In this document: piece after piece, positions 12,569-26,363 of the stretch | Position numbering within the stretch: position 1 is the stretch's first letter | Layout of the letters: every line of letters starts with the position of its first letter | From: Balanoglossus misakiensis | Lineage: Eukaryota; Animalia; Hemichordata | Assembly (NCBI GenBank): GCA_040954595.2 | Contig: CM082579.2 | Location: forward strand, 4,205,227-4,269,226 | Length of the DNA: 64,000 bases | Direction: 5' to 3' | Made by a program: the position numbers and the translations under genes | The notes under the pieces: model-generated | Databases searched by the model: none | Seen by the model: only the letters and a program-made list of their open reading frames with translations | Told to the model about the DNA's origin: nothing

Positions 12569-15500
12569 CTGCAAAATTGTTTAGTATGTTTTTTTTATGT
12601 AGGCCTATTTCGCTGTGGGGATTATGGGGATATTACTTTTAAGGGGATATCACAAAATAAGCCATCATCCTACATGCACAGTATGTCTATTGCCAATTAT
12701 GAGTCGTTGTTGCAAGATTTATGAATAACGATGGTATTTCAATACATTTCATTAGTTTCTGTTTTTTTCTGTCCCTTTGGCTTTATATTTGGTTTTCAGC
12801 ATTTCCGGAAACCCTCTGTCACGACTCGACATCTCGACAGCGGGCACAACACAGCATACCGCCTGGAGTTTTGTTTGAAATGTGCGTTTCAACAACCGCC
12901 AAGACGTGTTGTAATTGAAGAGTTCGTAGTCGCACGATGTGAAGTTGGCGAAGCTTCCGAAAGCTAACAAACATTCAGCGGGAACGTGATGGGTTGCATG
13001 ATCGCTAATGTGCTCTGGAAGCACCCGAGTAGGCCTTCGGGTTATATATAGCCGTTCATTTGCGGGGTACTGTCACTCGACGGAATAAACTCAAAGAGAA
13101 AAGCAGCGGTATTCTAGGAAATAAAAACTTACGCAATATGACTTCGTAAAACCCCTTTCTTAGAAAACCGACTTTCGCTGTTACTTCTAAGTGGAATCAC
13201 CTAGCAAAAAGCTGTCTGCAGTCAGTCCACGTTAATGCACATGTTTGACATCCACAAGTCGCCAGAAGAATCTGCGTTTATAAATGATCAATTATTTTGC
13301 CTTTTTGTGACACACCACTGTACAACCCGACCAGACGGTGAAATGTACATGTCACTGCGATCGTCAGTAACGCACTCTTGATAAATGATTGCGTCGCAGA
13401 AATTGACAGTCGTTTCCGTCCATTCGGGGCAGATTTCGTTCTCTCTGCTTCGGGGATTGTAACTATAGCCGCGGCGAAATCACGACCCTCTCGCTCGACA
13501 TTTTCACTATTTGTCCCTTTCTAGATCTTTTGCAGCATGGTAAAATCAAGATGAGTTGACGTGGCTGGGCACCATTACGTGAGGAACTGCTTTGTTGGAC
13601 TGTATGATCTTTGCTTTGTAGATCAAACATAATGCGTTCATGAAATCTACAATAATTAGTCTGATCAGGTAGCGAGAGACCCCTGTGCGTAGGAAGCTTC
13701 TTTGATCGAATGGCATAGACGTACGAAGGTTATAGGGATAATAAGTCGTCGCACAGCCAGTTAAATTTTTGTGCAATAATTTTTTCCAGTCTTTGTGTCT
13801 GCTGTACATTTCACCCACATAGATGTACCTCACCCACGGCGTGTTATGAAACAGAGGTAACAATTTCATTCATCAGTACTTAGACCTTTGTCGGCAAGAC
13901 ACACTAACATACACAATTTCATTTCACAATTCTGATCTCTCAGAACGTCATTCATGGATGAGACATCATAATAGGGGAGCGTATCTTGGCAATTAATGGC
14001 GAAATGGATTGTGTACTGAGAGAAACAGCATATGTCGACGTTCCGAATTAAACGGTATAGCTGATTTCCGGTTTAGGTTTTCCGCGAGATTGTGTTCACT
14101 TTGGTGTTCCGGCATACAGTATTGTGATACATGCATAGGGAATGTTGATGCGCATAATACGTTGCACGGAAGGTGGTCCATTAACAGTACGTTGACTTGC
14201 GCAATCGTGATTGGACTTGCAACCTTCTCTGCACGTCGGCTTATGTACGCCTTTAAAAAACATCAACAAACCATAGACACTCGAAACAATTGACTGAGTA
14301 TGAATCTAGGAATGTTTTTGTGCTGCTTCCTGTAAACAATCAGATAACGAAGCGTCTGCATGAAGCCACAGAAATCTCTCAGTGCCAAGGAATCGAAATT
14401 AGAATCATTTCGCATTAGGCCCACCGAGAGTCCTTCAAACAACTTCTTGTGGTATATCGTCGTTGTCGAGTGACACAACGCAAGAAATAAATTGAGCTAT
14501 TTTAATATGAGGCATCATTTATTTCAAATCCGGATAAAGTATACTCGGGATTAAAGGATTGAGTCCGGCGTGAAATCTGCACGTACGCCATACTCTGTAA
14601 AATGAGATTATTGTGTCAACGTCACCACTGTTAAAAAAGTGCTAAACCGACGTAAGCTGTGCTCTCCACAATGGATAATCCCCCACCCGAATAATTCAAC
14701 GATTCAAAGGCATTTGAGCTATTGTACTCACAAAATTGTGTATAATTTTGTGTTTGTGGAGCAGTGAAATTTCTGTCATACATACAGAGTACCTATGTCC
14801 GTGACAACTTTCGAAATGTGTGGAAAGTTTTGTGACAGGTCAGTTGAACAGTAGCGATGCTTCGCGTGAAATGGAAAGATGAGAATTTCAATGATTTCGT
14901 AAAATCATATGTCAAATGATCCCAGCTAGAACAATATGTGTTAACACCGACCATGCTATTGGTGACTACAAAAGTTAACATCACTATAGCATCGTGTCCG
15001 AACCCTATCACTAAGACAACAAAAGAACCAACTGAAACACTTGTACAAGCGATACCTCTCAGTGTCTTGCGATTGAAAATAACGGGCAGTGTTGTTACAC
15101 ACATAAAATAATCAACCACTTTTCAAAGTTTGAGCGTCTTCTTCAGACAGGATAGCTTGAATCAAACTTACCACTCTGCTCAACGCACATTTGATTCATC
15201 TTATCCTGTTTTAATATTTTATACTATAGTCAGAATCAGTTCGTTTAAATAACCATATATGGAATATGGGACATTTGAACAATGTGCGTTGATTATTGAG
15301 AACAAGAAATTATGTGATGAAATGACAATTCGTTTCATAATGTTCTAATACGGGAACAGAAAAGATCCTAAATTCTGTAAAAATGCAAAAATGGCTATTA
15401 TATTTTGCAATTATAGTCAATACTGATTAACCTGATACGTCGTTGAGGGATTAAATCTATTCGTCGTATTATGCCAGAGTAACATGCAAACGTAAATATC

Positions 15501-16908
15501 ATAGCTGCCATAGGGACGGAAAGATAAAGGGAAGCTTGTATCTAAAACATAATCTTTTTTCACCGTTTAATGGAAAACAAACCTTGGGACAAAGTTGTGC
15601 CTTGAGGTTTGACAAGATCATGTCCCTTGGAATAATACATGCATGTACCATCTGAGTAACTGCGTCAGCCGAGGTCAGAACATGTGTGTGATTTACGTAT
15701 CATGTATCGGGACTGTACACAAGGGTAATGACCAACGAGGCAATGCATAGATCCCACCGTCTCCACACAACTGCAGAATGCGAACCAACCCTTGCTGTTT
15801 TAGCAACGCCTGAAAAAAGCGACAGCTGAGATTAGGCCGGAGAAGGAAAAAAACCTATCAAATTACAAACACGGGGGATTTAAGACTGTTAGATCGAGAA
15901 AAGGACACACTTAATGTCACCCGGGAGTAACTCGCGATTGCCAAACCCCGTGCCTATTTGATATTTCCAAATCGCAGTTAACGCAACAGCGAATTTGCAG
16001 ATTGACAATTCCATTAGAAGCTGCTCACTGCGTCCTTTCAGTTGCACCGGTTTGGGAAGTGGAAATCTCCACTATTTTTAATGTCACGGGGAAAGAAAAT
16101 TCAACGTGAAAATGCCTTTCAAGACTAGATTGGATAAGTGAGGATATTGTGCACCAGTGGCTATTTTGCACATCCGCAGTGACTCGCGTCATCGGTGAGA
16201 CCCAGACTTATTTGACAGTACTGTCGCTATTGGCACATTTGTATTTTGTCTCGGAGGTTCAGTCGGAGGTATACAGAATGCAAACAAATAGACGACGATA
16301 GTAATTGGGAAGAAAAAAAAACTGACGTCAATGGCCGTTCTAACGAAAATCGTCAGAAACGCCTCTTTATACCTTGAACCTGTTTTGAACCATGTGCGTT
16401 GTGAAGATCAAATGGCAACTTCAGAGATAGTATTCTTTGGCTCACAAATGATTCAGGTATAGTACACACGGTTTAAAAAATATTGGCGATCAATTGCTTG
16501 ACTATTGGGTAGTTTCTTCAGACCGCTCCCGAGGTTGACTGGGTTTTCATCAGAGTTAAATACTAGTATGACGAGCTCTATATTTTGACCAAGCTTGTTC
16601 CGCTTTTGGAAACAAGGTTCTGAAGCCACATATGAAGCCGCAGACGACACGCTTAAATTGCTGAACGCACTTTATTTTAACAGTGTTTTATCCGCACGAG
16701 GTATGATATACCCAATATGTAAACCTAGCTCTGCCACAGAAGAACGAAGGGTGTGCATAAAATCCGGGAGCGATGCCTATATTCTAGAAGACACCAATAG
16801 ACAGTGTTAACCACTGAAATAAAACGGTGCTTCGGAATAATTTTCAATCGTTGTGCAGATGCCAGACACTTGAGCAAACACACTAAACAGTAACGTGACA
16901 CGTCTTAC

Positions 16909-17140
16909 CTGTAGAGTTGACAGTAGAGGCCAAACAAATCTTGAAAGACTCGACTTTCGCGACGAGATGAAACTACAGGTGTGAAGAAACCGCGGACGGG
17001 ATGTGTAGTCTCACAGCCGGTTCCTGTTGTTCTCTGAAGTTTACCACATGCCCACTCATTATCTATCAGTCACCGGGGGTGCCAAAGTCATCCACTTCAA
17101 TTCAAATGCCAGAACCTTAAAGGCTGCGGAGCGGAAGACC
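16909..17140 (-). other. Candidate first (5'UTR) exon of the GPCR
   Basis: Consensus donor CAG|GTAAGA at 16909/16908, a CpG-rich segment upstream, and a TATA-like TTATAT near 17164-17169 on the minus strand. The 5' boundary is approximate. Confidence 0.35.
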
Positions 17141-18484
17141 CTGGTTTTCACGGAAGAAGGCGATATAATGCACCGCGCAAGGCGCTCTTTTCAACTTTGA
17201 CGCCTGCGCACATTCAGCGGGCTCATCCCATTGTCTCCGGTCATTCTGTTTAGAGTAACCCCTCCAAATACCAACTCACTTGCGAATGACACATTCTATG
17301 TTAATAAACATTGCGCATGTTAACCGGCTACCATGGTTACACCTCCTTACTGTCAACGGCACAGGCCTAGTGGCGAATGCAAAATTGACGTACATGCGAA
17401 ATCGAGATCCAGTGACATTATCATTATCATTTTCTCTTCTCCCAAGTATGATTTCCCGACTTCCGTCTGCGATGCGTATTCAACGTACATGTTATCCGAG
17501 ACTGGTCGGCATGCACGACGTTGCAGAACAGTATATTTGCCGGGAAACACTTATATGTCGTTGGTAGTAAACTTAGAGAAAAAATATAATAAATTATACT
17601 CCTTTTTATGTTTTTCTTATTTCCACTGCATACAGCTTGTAGACCGTAAGCAAATCCGAGCGTTAACGAAATGACAGACTGAAAGCGTTAAAAATATAAT
17701 GAATTTTATAATAGTACAATTTTTATTCGACTGTTAAAGAGGTTTTTGAATGTAAGAGGAAAGCAATGTTCATGAACCGAAAATGAAGATATTTGTAATG
17801 TGGGTGTCCTCAAATTTCTGAAATTGCTAAGTCGTCATGTTGCCTACTTTGCTTTGTTATGGCGAAACGATCATCAAAGGCGGTTGTCACTTCCAGTAGC
17901 TTGTAATCTGCGATAATATAATACCACTTCTTGGACTGTCAGAACCATTAATGTTGCGCCCCGCGCCACTTCAAATTTCAGAGAAGAGCATTTGTCGATT
18001 TCTTTTCAGAAGAGATTTCATTGGCGACATGAAATTTTAGAAAGCATACATCGCGGTCTGTTCTGCGAATTCTGTGTGTGTGGGGGGGGGGGTGCTCACA
18101 GCCATCGTTGCATAACCCATTTGGTAATATTTTGATAAATGCCAACCGACTCTTTACAAAATTAACTTTATTTTAGTAGAACGGAAAAGTAAATAGATGT
18201 GTGCGTGAAAGATCTATCTCCAGTAATGGGTGACGTCATGCGACTCGCAGAGCTAATTCCAGTTATTATTCCGTTCATGCTTCTGCCACCAGAAATTAAG
18301 ACTCTGTTGTTCGATTTAAAGAGTACGAGTGGAGAACCGGCATAACCTATGACTAACGGCGATCTTGTTTTTCTCTTGTCAACAGTTAGGTAGGGTAGCA
18401 AGGCGGTCATCGGGCCCCGAGGGAATCGCTCACGAGAGGGTGTCTCTTTTCTCCAGATCTCTCGTGGTGGCAATTCACCATTCA

Positions 18485-19616
18485 CACATTATCACAATCA
18501 CGACAGCAGTGGCAGGACAAAGAACAATCGCTGTTAAAACTAGACGATAAAAAAGAGATTCCGCACGTACACCGAAGATGTTGTGAAAGTTACGACGCCA
18601 TGCCCAGCGGGGAAATGAACTTACTTCTCCTCTGAAATGATCGTGTAATCTGTATTAACTTCATCAATCCGCGCGTGACACGTGGTTTCAACAGGAGATC
18701 TGTCTCTTCTCTGCATGTAAACAGTCTTTAAAAAGTAGGTCATAATTTGGGTGTTGGAATCAGGGCGAATCTCATATAGTGACGTATATGACTTGGAAGA
18801 TTTCAAACTCATTCTTCTTGTCGCTCGTAATGGTTTGAACAAGTAAAAAGCCGACACAACTTCCCCTTTAAAGTAAAAAAAAAAATCAATATTGAGAAGC
18901 ATTTCACGGAAATCGTCGCCTGTAACCTTACAAGACAATTTGATGTTTTCCCATGTAATTGTAATTGTTTTATCTCTTGATTGTCGAGGAAAGACGAGAT
19001 TTCTTATTTGGAAATCTGGAGTGAAACGACAGGTGCGCCTGAAATATAAGACGAATCGAAATCGTAGTAATTCATTTCGTGTCGAAATCAGAATGAAGAC
19101 ATCTGCCTTACGTATAGTAATGGCCTCACAATTTGATGGACCCTGTTTCGTCAAACGGACGATTTCTAACAAATTAAATTGTAATCCAACTTGCTTGGCA
19201 GATTAAGCTGTAAGAAATATTTACTATTGGAAAACACGGGTACGTAGGAACCGAATTACAAATATTTTTTACTATACCCATATATCGATTTTAGTCTCTC
19301 GCAAATCGCGTATATTTTCCAATGGTGGCTGTTTGGGTGAAAAGACCACGTTGGCCATCAGACCCCTAAGGGAATTAATCAGGGGGTATTGTCAGCTTTA
19401 AACCACACAGTCTTCTTTCGTGGGAGCAATTCAAAATGCACACGTTGTCACAATCACGGCAGTTGCAGTAAAGTCGCAATCAATAATGTACGTACGCACT
19501 TTTGATAAAAGATTCTGCACGTACGTCGAAGAGGTTTGAAGAAAACGCGAAGCTTACCCAGCGGGGAATTGAGCGTAGCTTTCTTCGGTAATGATCGCAT
19601 AATCTGTATTAACTTC
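18485..19616 (+). repeat. Diverged direct duplication of ~180 bp (18485-18663 and 19441-19616)
   Basis: Collinear shared blocks TCACAATCACG, GATTC(C/T)GCACGTAC, CCCAGCGGGGAA and AATGATCG..TAATCTGTATTAACTTC. Confidence 0.8.
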
Positions 19617-22252
19617 TCTCGGTCGCGGCCAAAGCGATTCTGATCGCTGCCGCGTTTCAGGATAAATCAAAACAACACCCACTAATTGTTTTACGGGAAA
19701 AATGTGCTTTAACCATTAAGAAAGTTAAAAAACGGGCCTTTTCAGAGGCGATTGGCCAACAACACTGCTGTAGACTCAACAGTATGTTCGTATAAACTAA
19801 ATTGAATTATTTGTATGGGTATAAGCTCTTTAGTGTCCCATAGCTACAAGACCTCGTCATTATTTCCAACGATCATCGCAACTGCCGCACAACAATGTGT
19901 AAACCACAGATCATGTTCATAATCTTTTGCCTATGTCAAGGATCGCTCGATAGAAAATGGCGTTTTTATATGAGTACAGACCAACCACGTACGTTGAAAC
20001 CGATTAGGCTACCATCTATTCCAGGTCTCCAGCTAAATAAATATAATTTTGAATAGTGGATTTCTGAAAGGCGATGTACCTATATCAGCCTTGTATACTT
20101 TTGTAGAGGAAAAACGCACATTTTCTCCATTGGATTGTTAATTTAATGGAGAGCAAGTTGAATAATACGGTAGCTGTAGTTTGCTTTCACACGTCACGGC
20201 GTGATCTGTTCCACTGCGGCGAAAACTCGAATCCCAGTGCCGGTTATTGTGAAGCCCGATAAGGTATAGAGTGACACCGTGTTTGAGTACTATTTATATT
20301 AAGGACCTAGGGCATGATCAATGTTTTATTGCAGCTGTATTGTATTTCATTTAAGGAAGGCAAAAAAGTGAATGGATTTACTACATTTATGTCACGAATC
20401 TATTTGTCGCGTATGCCCGTCATTCGATACTACACTCGTGCGATATAATCCTGTCCTCCCATGTATGTCCCAAGGTAAATACCGTGACTCTCATTGAAAT
20501 ATCTTCAGTAAAATTATTGATCTCATCGAGGACGACACACCAGGCGTAACCAGATACCTAGAAATCATTGTAATTATTGGTTCACGATCGAAACCGAATC
20601 GTTAAATTGCAAAACTTAGTGGGTTGTTTGTGTTTTAAAAAAGTTCAGTGTGCTACCGTTTCTTCTGATATACCGATGAGATCGTTTCGGGGCCGGTTAC
20701 TTCAGACAAGCATTTCCAAATGGAATAGCGGTTGTATTAAATTTCGCCCACGTTTGTATGATGTTGTAAGTGGAGCTAAAATCACGGTTGCGATATTCCC
20801 GCGGGAATCGTGTTACTCTTCAAAGGCGAAGTAACGTCATATTTCAGATTGGAATTCTTTTCCAAAAATAGTGTGCATTGTTACGTGGGATGTATTCAAT
20901 GACAAAATCACTGAAGTTTCTTACAGCCGATATTGCTTTTGAAAAAGTGAATGTCTTTGAACGTACGGGCTGTAAGTGCGAATAAAGAGGGCCATTGGCA
21001 CTGGCACATTTTGGTGTTGACGTCGCCATGCCAACAGAGGCGTTGTGTGGAGTTTATTGATTCACACAATTGTAAAAGGATATCATCTGTAACCTGTGGC
21101 AACATTTTCATATTATTTTTCTTCTGTTTGTCAACTAGGGCAATGCACCGCGCACCATGTCAATGTCAGCTATTGTGCTCGCCAGAGTAACCAGCGTGTA
21201 TGTCACAGCGCACTGTGTATCTTGTCAAATGATTTCATGTCCGGACTAGAATTCAGTTATCGACAGTAACAATGATGACTGCACACATTTGTAGACGGTA
21301 TTTCGCCGTCCTTTAGAAAATCGAAAAAGGGAAAAGAAAATGAATAACATAGAAAAAAATGAAAATAGCCAATAATGACATCTAAATTAGCTTTAAGTAA
21401 TAAGACGTTTGCTAACATGACCATCTGATTGATTTCCTTTCAAGTTTTACAAACAGTGTAACAATTGGAACTGACAGCAAAGGGCAAACAAGAGTGATAC
21501 AAACAATTATCTAAGCCAATTTATTGATAGCATGACTTTGTCTCTCTAAAAGCTACAAACGGAAAAGATGATTTGGGACATTCTTGATTTTTGTTACATT
21601 TGATTCTGTTTCCTATTCAATATGATACTCCTTTGGCATTTACGCGCAGGCAGTTTCTCGTGAAACCAATTTTTGTTATAATCATTAATGTTGAAGCTTA
21701 TGAAGTGACGTAATTACGAAGAGTGATTTTCTTAGTGCCGTTGGCTTTTAATTTTAATAATGAGAACTGCATGGTGACATTTACCAAGGATAATTAAAAA
21801 AAGGATAATTAACTAAGAGAGAAACCTATGCAGAGAAGAACCTGCGTGATTAACGCAGTCTGTTAGTGATATCTTCGCCATCTCAAAACTACGTGTGCTA
21901 TAAATACCATGTTACCATGGAAATCACTTTAAATAAACACTTCCTACAAAACCGACTAACCGCGGAAATTGACTTTCAAGACCACACGGCCACGTGTTTC
22001 CAAACTAAGTTAAAGAGTTGCTCATTAGAGATGCTGAAATTTTAAACGCGAACTATTGACATGGTATGTGCTCAATAAACGCTATCAGGCATACAATCAC
22101 AATTACGCCTACACATACAGAGATGCACACACACAAAAAAACGAAAACACGAAGCGTTTACTGAAATCTTTAATACAAATCGATTTTACTCAACTTATCC
22201 ATTTAAGAAGAAATGTTAAGTGTTAAAAATCCAAATGACATTCACCATTACT

Positions 22253-22718
22253 TATAGATTAATATATCAGTTCGCCTTGTGCTCATTTTTCTGATTGGCA
22301 AAACCGTTCACGTGATAGAAGAACGCAAGTTTGAAATCACGTGTGCCTTAAGCGCACGTTTGAAAAAAATATAACAATCATCGCAAGGACGAATTTTGAG
22401 AGGTTGAGTATTCAAGGAGACGTATTCAGTAGTTTTTCAGATTTAACTGCGTCACCACAATTTCCTCGTTGGAAAGACACGAACAAGTTATCGGCATTGA
22501 AATAACTTGGAAAACAAGAACTACCTAAACAAAGATTAGATGCGTCAATTACTCAGTATTTCATAAATATTGATTTACTAAGATGACAAACATTTGACAT
22601 TTTGTCACGAATACTGGCTGGCATGCTGAGAGTACCTTCGCGTAATTAGGCATGGTGCGTCTTCAAAGAATACTTGTATATGGCTTCAAGAGTTAATCAG
22701 TGGATGATATATAGATTA
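22253..22718. mobile_element. Possible decayed non-autonomous Crypton-like element
   Basis: 8-bp terminal inverted repeat ATATATCA (22262-22269) / TGATATAT (22705-22712), adjoining a 9-bp direct repeat TATAGATTA (22253-22261, 22710-22718). Internal CTGATTGG and CACGTG motifs. Confidence 0.3.
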
Positions 22719-25700
22719 GATTTCAATTTTCGATAATGAAGGTAATCTACTAAAACGATTGAAACATAATTTTCAATTAAATTAAATTAGGAAGGACCCA
22801 CAGCCATGTGGTGGAAGCCTTAGTTAAACATTGGCGTTATCTTCCGTCACTAATTAGAGCGAGAAAATTTCAAAATAATTGTCCTTCGAATGCGCACCAC
22901 AGAATGCGTCGTACACTATACTGTGTGTAAATAATTACGTTTCTCGCACTAATCGCGGCAAGATTTTATCTAGTCGATTTTCTTCCTAAAAAAGTCGCCC
23001 GTCGGATATTTTCCCCGATTTCTGCCTCCCCCTCAAATGATTAACTTTCGTAAAATTACGACCAGGAATCATATGGTTGTCGGAATTATCTTCAGTTCCG
23101 AGCAACCGCTTCTAGTGATGACTGGGGCTAGCTTATTATTAGTGATCGTGTGCAACTGAACTGCACCTATGTGTTGGCAAGGACAGTTTGGCACAAAACT
23201 TAACACATATTTACGTGTCGCTGCAATCTTTAAACTCCCCAGTTCCCGGCATATACACGATGTGCCAAAATGTTGTAGGCCTTCGCCCGAATACTAACAC
23301 ACACAGGGCACGCAATCCGACGGCGATCAACAGATGGTCCTGGAAACGATACCAGGACACTAAGAAAAAAACTGGCAAAAATATTTAGGTTAACATATGG
23401 GAACAACCAAGAATAAACACCACTTAAAAGCCAACCTATAGGCCTACAGTCTTTAATACCTTTAGTAGCAAGGCGAACGTGGTAACTGAATATAAGACTT
23501 CTCTGTGGGCCGTGCAAAATAACATACGATATCTGAGCAATTGACAAACTAATGGCTCTTATTACCATCCGGTGCCACGTTGCGCACCTTTGCTTCGGCA
23601 TCTACGCCCTTGCCGTTGCTTTCAAGGAAATACACTGAGTCAGACAATGGATAATTGACACCGTGGGGCATTCCGCTTCGTTAAGACTGACAGAGGCCGT
23701 GTGAGATTACTCCGATTAGTAACGATAACGCGAGCGAACCGCTGAATGAAAAAAAAAGAGAATGTTTGGCCGGCCTTCTTATTGTGGGCGCCATCTTGTT
23801 TGAAAATTGGACGTCACAAAGTTGAAAAGTTACCGAGAGCGTATTTTCTGTTCCACAATTCTCTTCATTTGACGGTAAGTACAGCATGCAGCGGATTAAT
23901 AGCGTTTGCCTGCATGACTTAGGGCTGCTTTCTGTCAAATGAAATAGCATTGTGCTCCGATGCACGAGTAATATGACGAGGTATTCAGTAATTTAAGGCA
24001 ACCATCTACGTTCCGTTGGCTTGGCTCGAACTAACGTTTTATGCCACAACCGACTCATGGGAGCACATTTTAATTGTTATATGAATCCAATTGAAACATT
24101 AGTCACACTGAAGCGTCTTTCGTTTCATTTGATACCCTTAACTCTCGTAGTGCGTAGAAGGAAATAAGGAAATAAGGTTGTGTAAACCTTTTCTTCCTCT
24201 TAACTTTGGTGCACTATTGCAGTAGCGGTCATAACGGAGAGTGGCTGACGGGACGGGTCACGTAGATTGAACAGAGCCCTGCATCAAGAGAACGACTGCA
24301 TCTTTATCATTGATATATCATTATCGTGCAATTATTTCAAATCTAACTGATTGTAGATGACATTTTTAAGGGCGTATATTTGATTGCATTGCGTCCGTAC
24401 CCAGCACTGGATGCTGCCAGGCGTACACGCCAAACGGTCATTATAGGACAACTGTAGACCTAAGTCAATTTGCAGACATACATTTATGGAAGTATTGGGC
24501 CACGTACACCATTCTGTACTAAACTTGGTTGGAAAAGTTTGCCCATGGTAATATTGTATATAATGGGAGACGTGCATTTTGCAATTTTGCCGGAAGTTTT
24601 GTATACGGACATGCCGAAATGAACGTACTATATAAGCTGGTATGATGTTCAATTAGCGCAACTTCGTTACTGAGCGCATGCGCATGATTTCTTGGTTGGG
24701 TATTATGTAAATATATGTAAATACGTGAACACGTCCCAGCCGCAAACTGGTCAACTGTCCTGTCCAGACACGGTTAGTACCTATTCTTTTGTTCCTGTCC
24801 GTCCTTCTGTCTGATGCAATCATTATTCTACTCTGATACAGACAAGGTCACGGAGATGTTCTGCCGCTGTTTTAATAAGAGATGAAAAGAATGCCCCCTG
24901 AAGGCTGAATATGTGAGATCGTTATTTTTTGTGCGCAAAAAATGGGGTCAATCATGTACATTTTGTATTGATATACGTAGAGGTACAGCGTCATGCGGTT
25001 TTACAACATGCCATGAAAAACTGCGAGGTTTAGAATTGTAGGCCCACTCTGATGCTGACGATACATGTACACGTTCCAGCGTTGTCGGAGTTGAGATCTT
25101 CAGTGCAACTCCAGTTTGAGCGTACGTATTACGTCACTGCTGCTCGTAAGTACTTTGCATATTAAAATGGCGGAAGCTAATGGTCCGAGTGGAGACCTCT
25201 TGAACTGAAGTCCTGGGTTCGTTTTCTCGGCAAAGCCTCGTTCGAAATATCGTCCAGTCTTACTGTTCAGTGTAAGAAAACCATGCGGGAATATCGCACA
25301 AAGTAATCATGCTTCCCTGGTTTGACGAACAACCAACTCACATGGACGATAAACAAAGCATATTTATACAGACCCCTAATAATTGTGCGCTCTGTTGGAC
25401 TATCATCCGGTTTAAGCTATAAATAATGTGAAATTGGAGGATTTACATCCTGTATACCCCATTAAGAAGTACACTATCATCCAGAGAGAGGCTTATGTTA
25501 AGAACGTGCATCATGGGAGATTCAATCTTTTGTCATTGGAAACGCAGCTATTACATATAAAGCCCCCATAAGCTGTTACGTTTGGTTATGTAGTATCTTG
25601 TACAATTTATCTGCTGTAGTATTTTCTTCAGCTCGCTCAGCAGGATGAAATGCCAACTGTCTAGTGTATCAACGCAGCTTGTATGTGTAAGCGCTTTTAT

Positions 25701-26100
25701 TGTCGAAACCTGAATTTCGTTCCGGATTTAAATTGAAATTTGTGAACGACTGCAGTGGTCGCTGACATCATATATAGAATGCCTTTGCAAGCTGAATAAT
25801 ATACATTGTAGAACCCAATTGGTGTGAAGTAGTCTTTGCTTTGCAAAATGATACATGAAGAAAACCTGACAAGATTGAAACGATTTTGTACTGTGGTGTG
25901 TGGCTATGGGAAGACGGGGTTAGTTTTTGGTTGGTGCGGCTTACGTAAGTAATGATTCAGAAGCCAAATACTCTCATAACGACTGTTCCAGATTTTATGC
26001 ACCAATATTGCAAATATAACAGAATGAGAAGACATGTAGCAATATCTTGTCAATTAATTGATAATTTGCATATTTTGAATGTGATAGTGAAATTGTCTCA

Positions 26101-26175
26101 AATTTGAAATTCAAAATGGCCGCCGTCTCTGTGTTAACTCTATGAAGAAAATTTAAAGCAGTGATTTGTATGAAC
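26101..26175. repeat. Fragment of a dispersed repeat family; second copy inverted at ~31270-31337
   Basis: TTGAAATTCAAAATGGCCGCC matches the reverse complement of GGCGGCCATTTTGAATTTCAA at ~31317-31337, with further similarity alongside (GAAAAT...AGTGATTT). Confidence 0.6.
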
Positions 26176-26363
26176 ACAAGACGGTGAACATCAAGTTTTA
26201 CGTTTTGTTTTCACAAAGACTGCTCACACACTTTAATATAGCAGAGAATTGTAAGGTTTGGAGGACTCTTATTTTTCTGAAAATCTGTCCCCAGGGCGCG
26301 GACTAATAAGTCGTCGGTAAATCGGGTTTTCTGCCGGCATCCGAGTCCACGTTTCAATGTTAA

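Noticed and set aside
18621-19206. 183-aa and 104-aa overlapping ORFs
   Set aside because: Non-ATG starts, no motifs, and composition like random AT-rich sequence.
25175-25232. A-box-like TGGTCCGAGTGG and B-box-like GGGTTCG (tRNA or SINE head)
   Set aside because: No full cloverleaf, degenerate B box, and no second copy in the window.
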